DNA from: Klebsormidium nitens
Lineage: Eukaryota > Plantae > Klebsormidiophyceae
Assembly: GCA_000708835.1 (NCBI GenBank)
Contig: DF237000.1
Location: forward strand, 66,556 to 130,165
Direction: 5' to 3'
DNA length: 63,610 nucleotides
The notes under the pieces were generated by a model, which made no database searches, was not told the origin of the DNA, and saw nothing but the letters and a program-made list of their open reading frames with translations. Below are positions 62,671-63,610 of this stretch, one piece after another. How positions within the stretch are numbered: position 1 is the stretch's first letter; every line of letters starts with the position of its first letter. Both the position numbers and the translations under genes were made by a program.

Positions 62671-63610
62671 TGAAAGAACAGAGGAGGGGCATGTGCCCTC
62701 GCAGAAATGACTTCAAAAATTCAACAGAAGGTTTGAGAGGGCACTTTCCTGTGAGAACGTACATTCAACCTATTTAATGGTGGTTGAATATAATGGAGGC
62801 CAGGATGCTTTCATATCTGGGGTCCTAAAATTCGCAAGGGTAAGAGGAGGTAATAGTCAAATAGGTGCTGCACCCGCAAGAAGGGTGGGTGAGGGAGGGG
62901 GTCACAACAATGCTCTTCTTGAAGGGTTGCAGGACTAGTTTAAGTGGAGCCGTTGTAGGTGGGACAAATAAATTGCAGCGGCATTTTCCAAACGTGTGCT
63001 GGTTGACAAGTATTCTGGGGTTGGAAGCTATATCAAAAAGAAGGAACATGATACAACACTGAAAGTGACTTTGACGGGTCACTTTCACCAGCTAGTAAGT
63101 TGAAAGGAGGCGTGCCAAAGGGTCCCCAAACTTATGGAATGCCACCTGTTGAGAGGGTGACAGTCTATGGACTTTTCTTAATGGCATTGCAGTTGAACGG
63201 AGAAATACAAATATGGTCTCTCCTACCCAGAACCAGGCAGTGCAAGCAGCCTTTGAAGGCCTGTGTCTTGGACTCTGTTCTTTCATGGCTTGTATGAGTT
63301 TGCAAGATTCCCTTTACAAGAATGTTAAGACAAGAGGACAAGGATACCACAAACAAAGGGCAAAGAGCTGGTGATTTCTTCAGGCACAGTGTGCCTGCGT
63401 GGCATTCCTTTTACAATGGCAAAGAATAAGGGGCAAATTTGTCCAGCGTGACGACCAACAATAGTTTCCAGGCTGCTTCCACAGTCCTTAAATGAAGTGA
63501 CTGCTCAACAGGAGCCAGCACCTGCTGCCTACCCTCACAAGATACAAGATAATAGTACTCATTTAAGGCTTGAGGAATCTGTTTGGGCTGTAAGGCATTG
63601 CCAGGGAGGG

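Noticed and set aside
62825-63610. Upstream exons of the cupredoxin gene
   Set aside because: A signal-peptide exon is expected, but none of the short ORFs gave a convincing phase-compatible exon.
1-63610. rRNA, tRNA, or prokaryotic/viral insert
   Set aside because: No cloverleaf or rRNA signatures were recognised. Every identified gene except the truncated ORF at 1-307 has spliceosomal introns.

Overview
Intron-rich eukaryotic nuclear DNA. A streptophyte alga (Klebsormidium-like) is inferred from the gene set (PRONE/RopGEF, CASP-like, ALDH7B, plant-type OPI10), GC-rich codons, GT-AG introns and TTTTAGGG-type repeats. I built exon chains by hand and checked splice phases. Genes in order: 3' end of a Pro/Thr-rich protein; WD40 protein (-); CASP-like/MARVEL protein (-); SDH1/SDHA (-), head-to-head with ALDH7B (+); DUF3431-like protein (-); a weak coiled-coil gene (+); OPI10/Hikeshi-like (-); FtsJ/RlmM-like methyltransferase (+); an 11-exon ~1,570-codon gene joining an N-terminal universal stress protein (USP) domain to a divergent C-terminal PRONE (RopGEF) domain (+); and a tandem-cupredoxin protein (-). 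Two signals stand out. The first is the phase-consistent USP-PRONE fusion, whose PRONE lacks the WWLP segment. The second is a recurring pattern in at least five genes where introns hold decayed tandem copies of the adjacent splice junction plus exon end. There are also three small TIR elements, a fold-back telomere-like tract and palindrome-rich intergenic islands. No rRNA, tRNA or CRISPR was seen. All homology calls come from motif recognition, not database searches.
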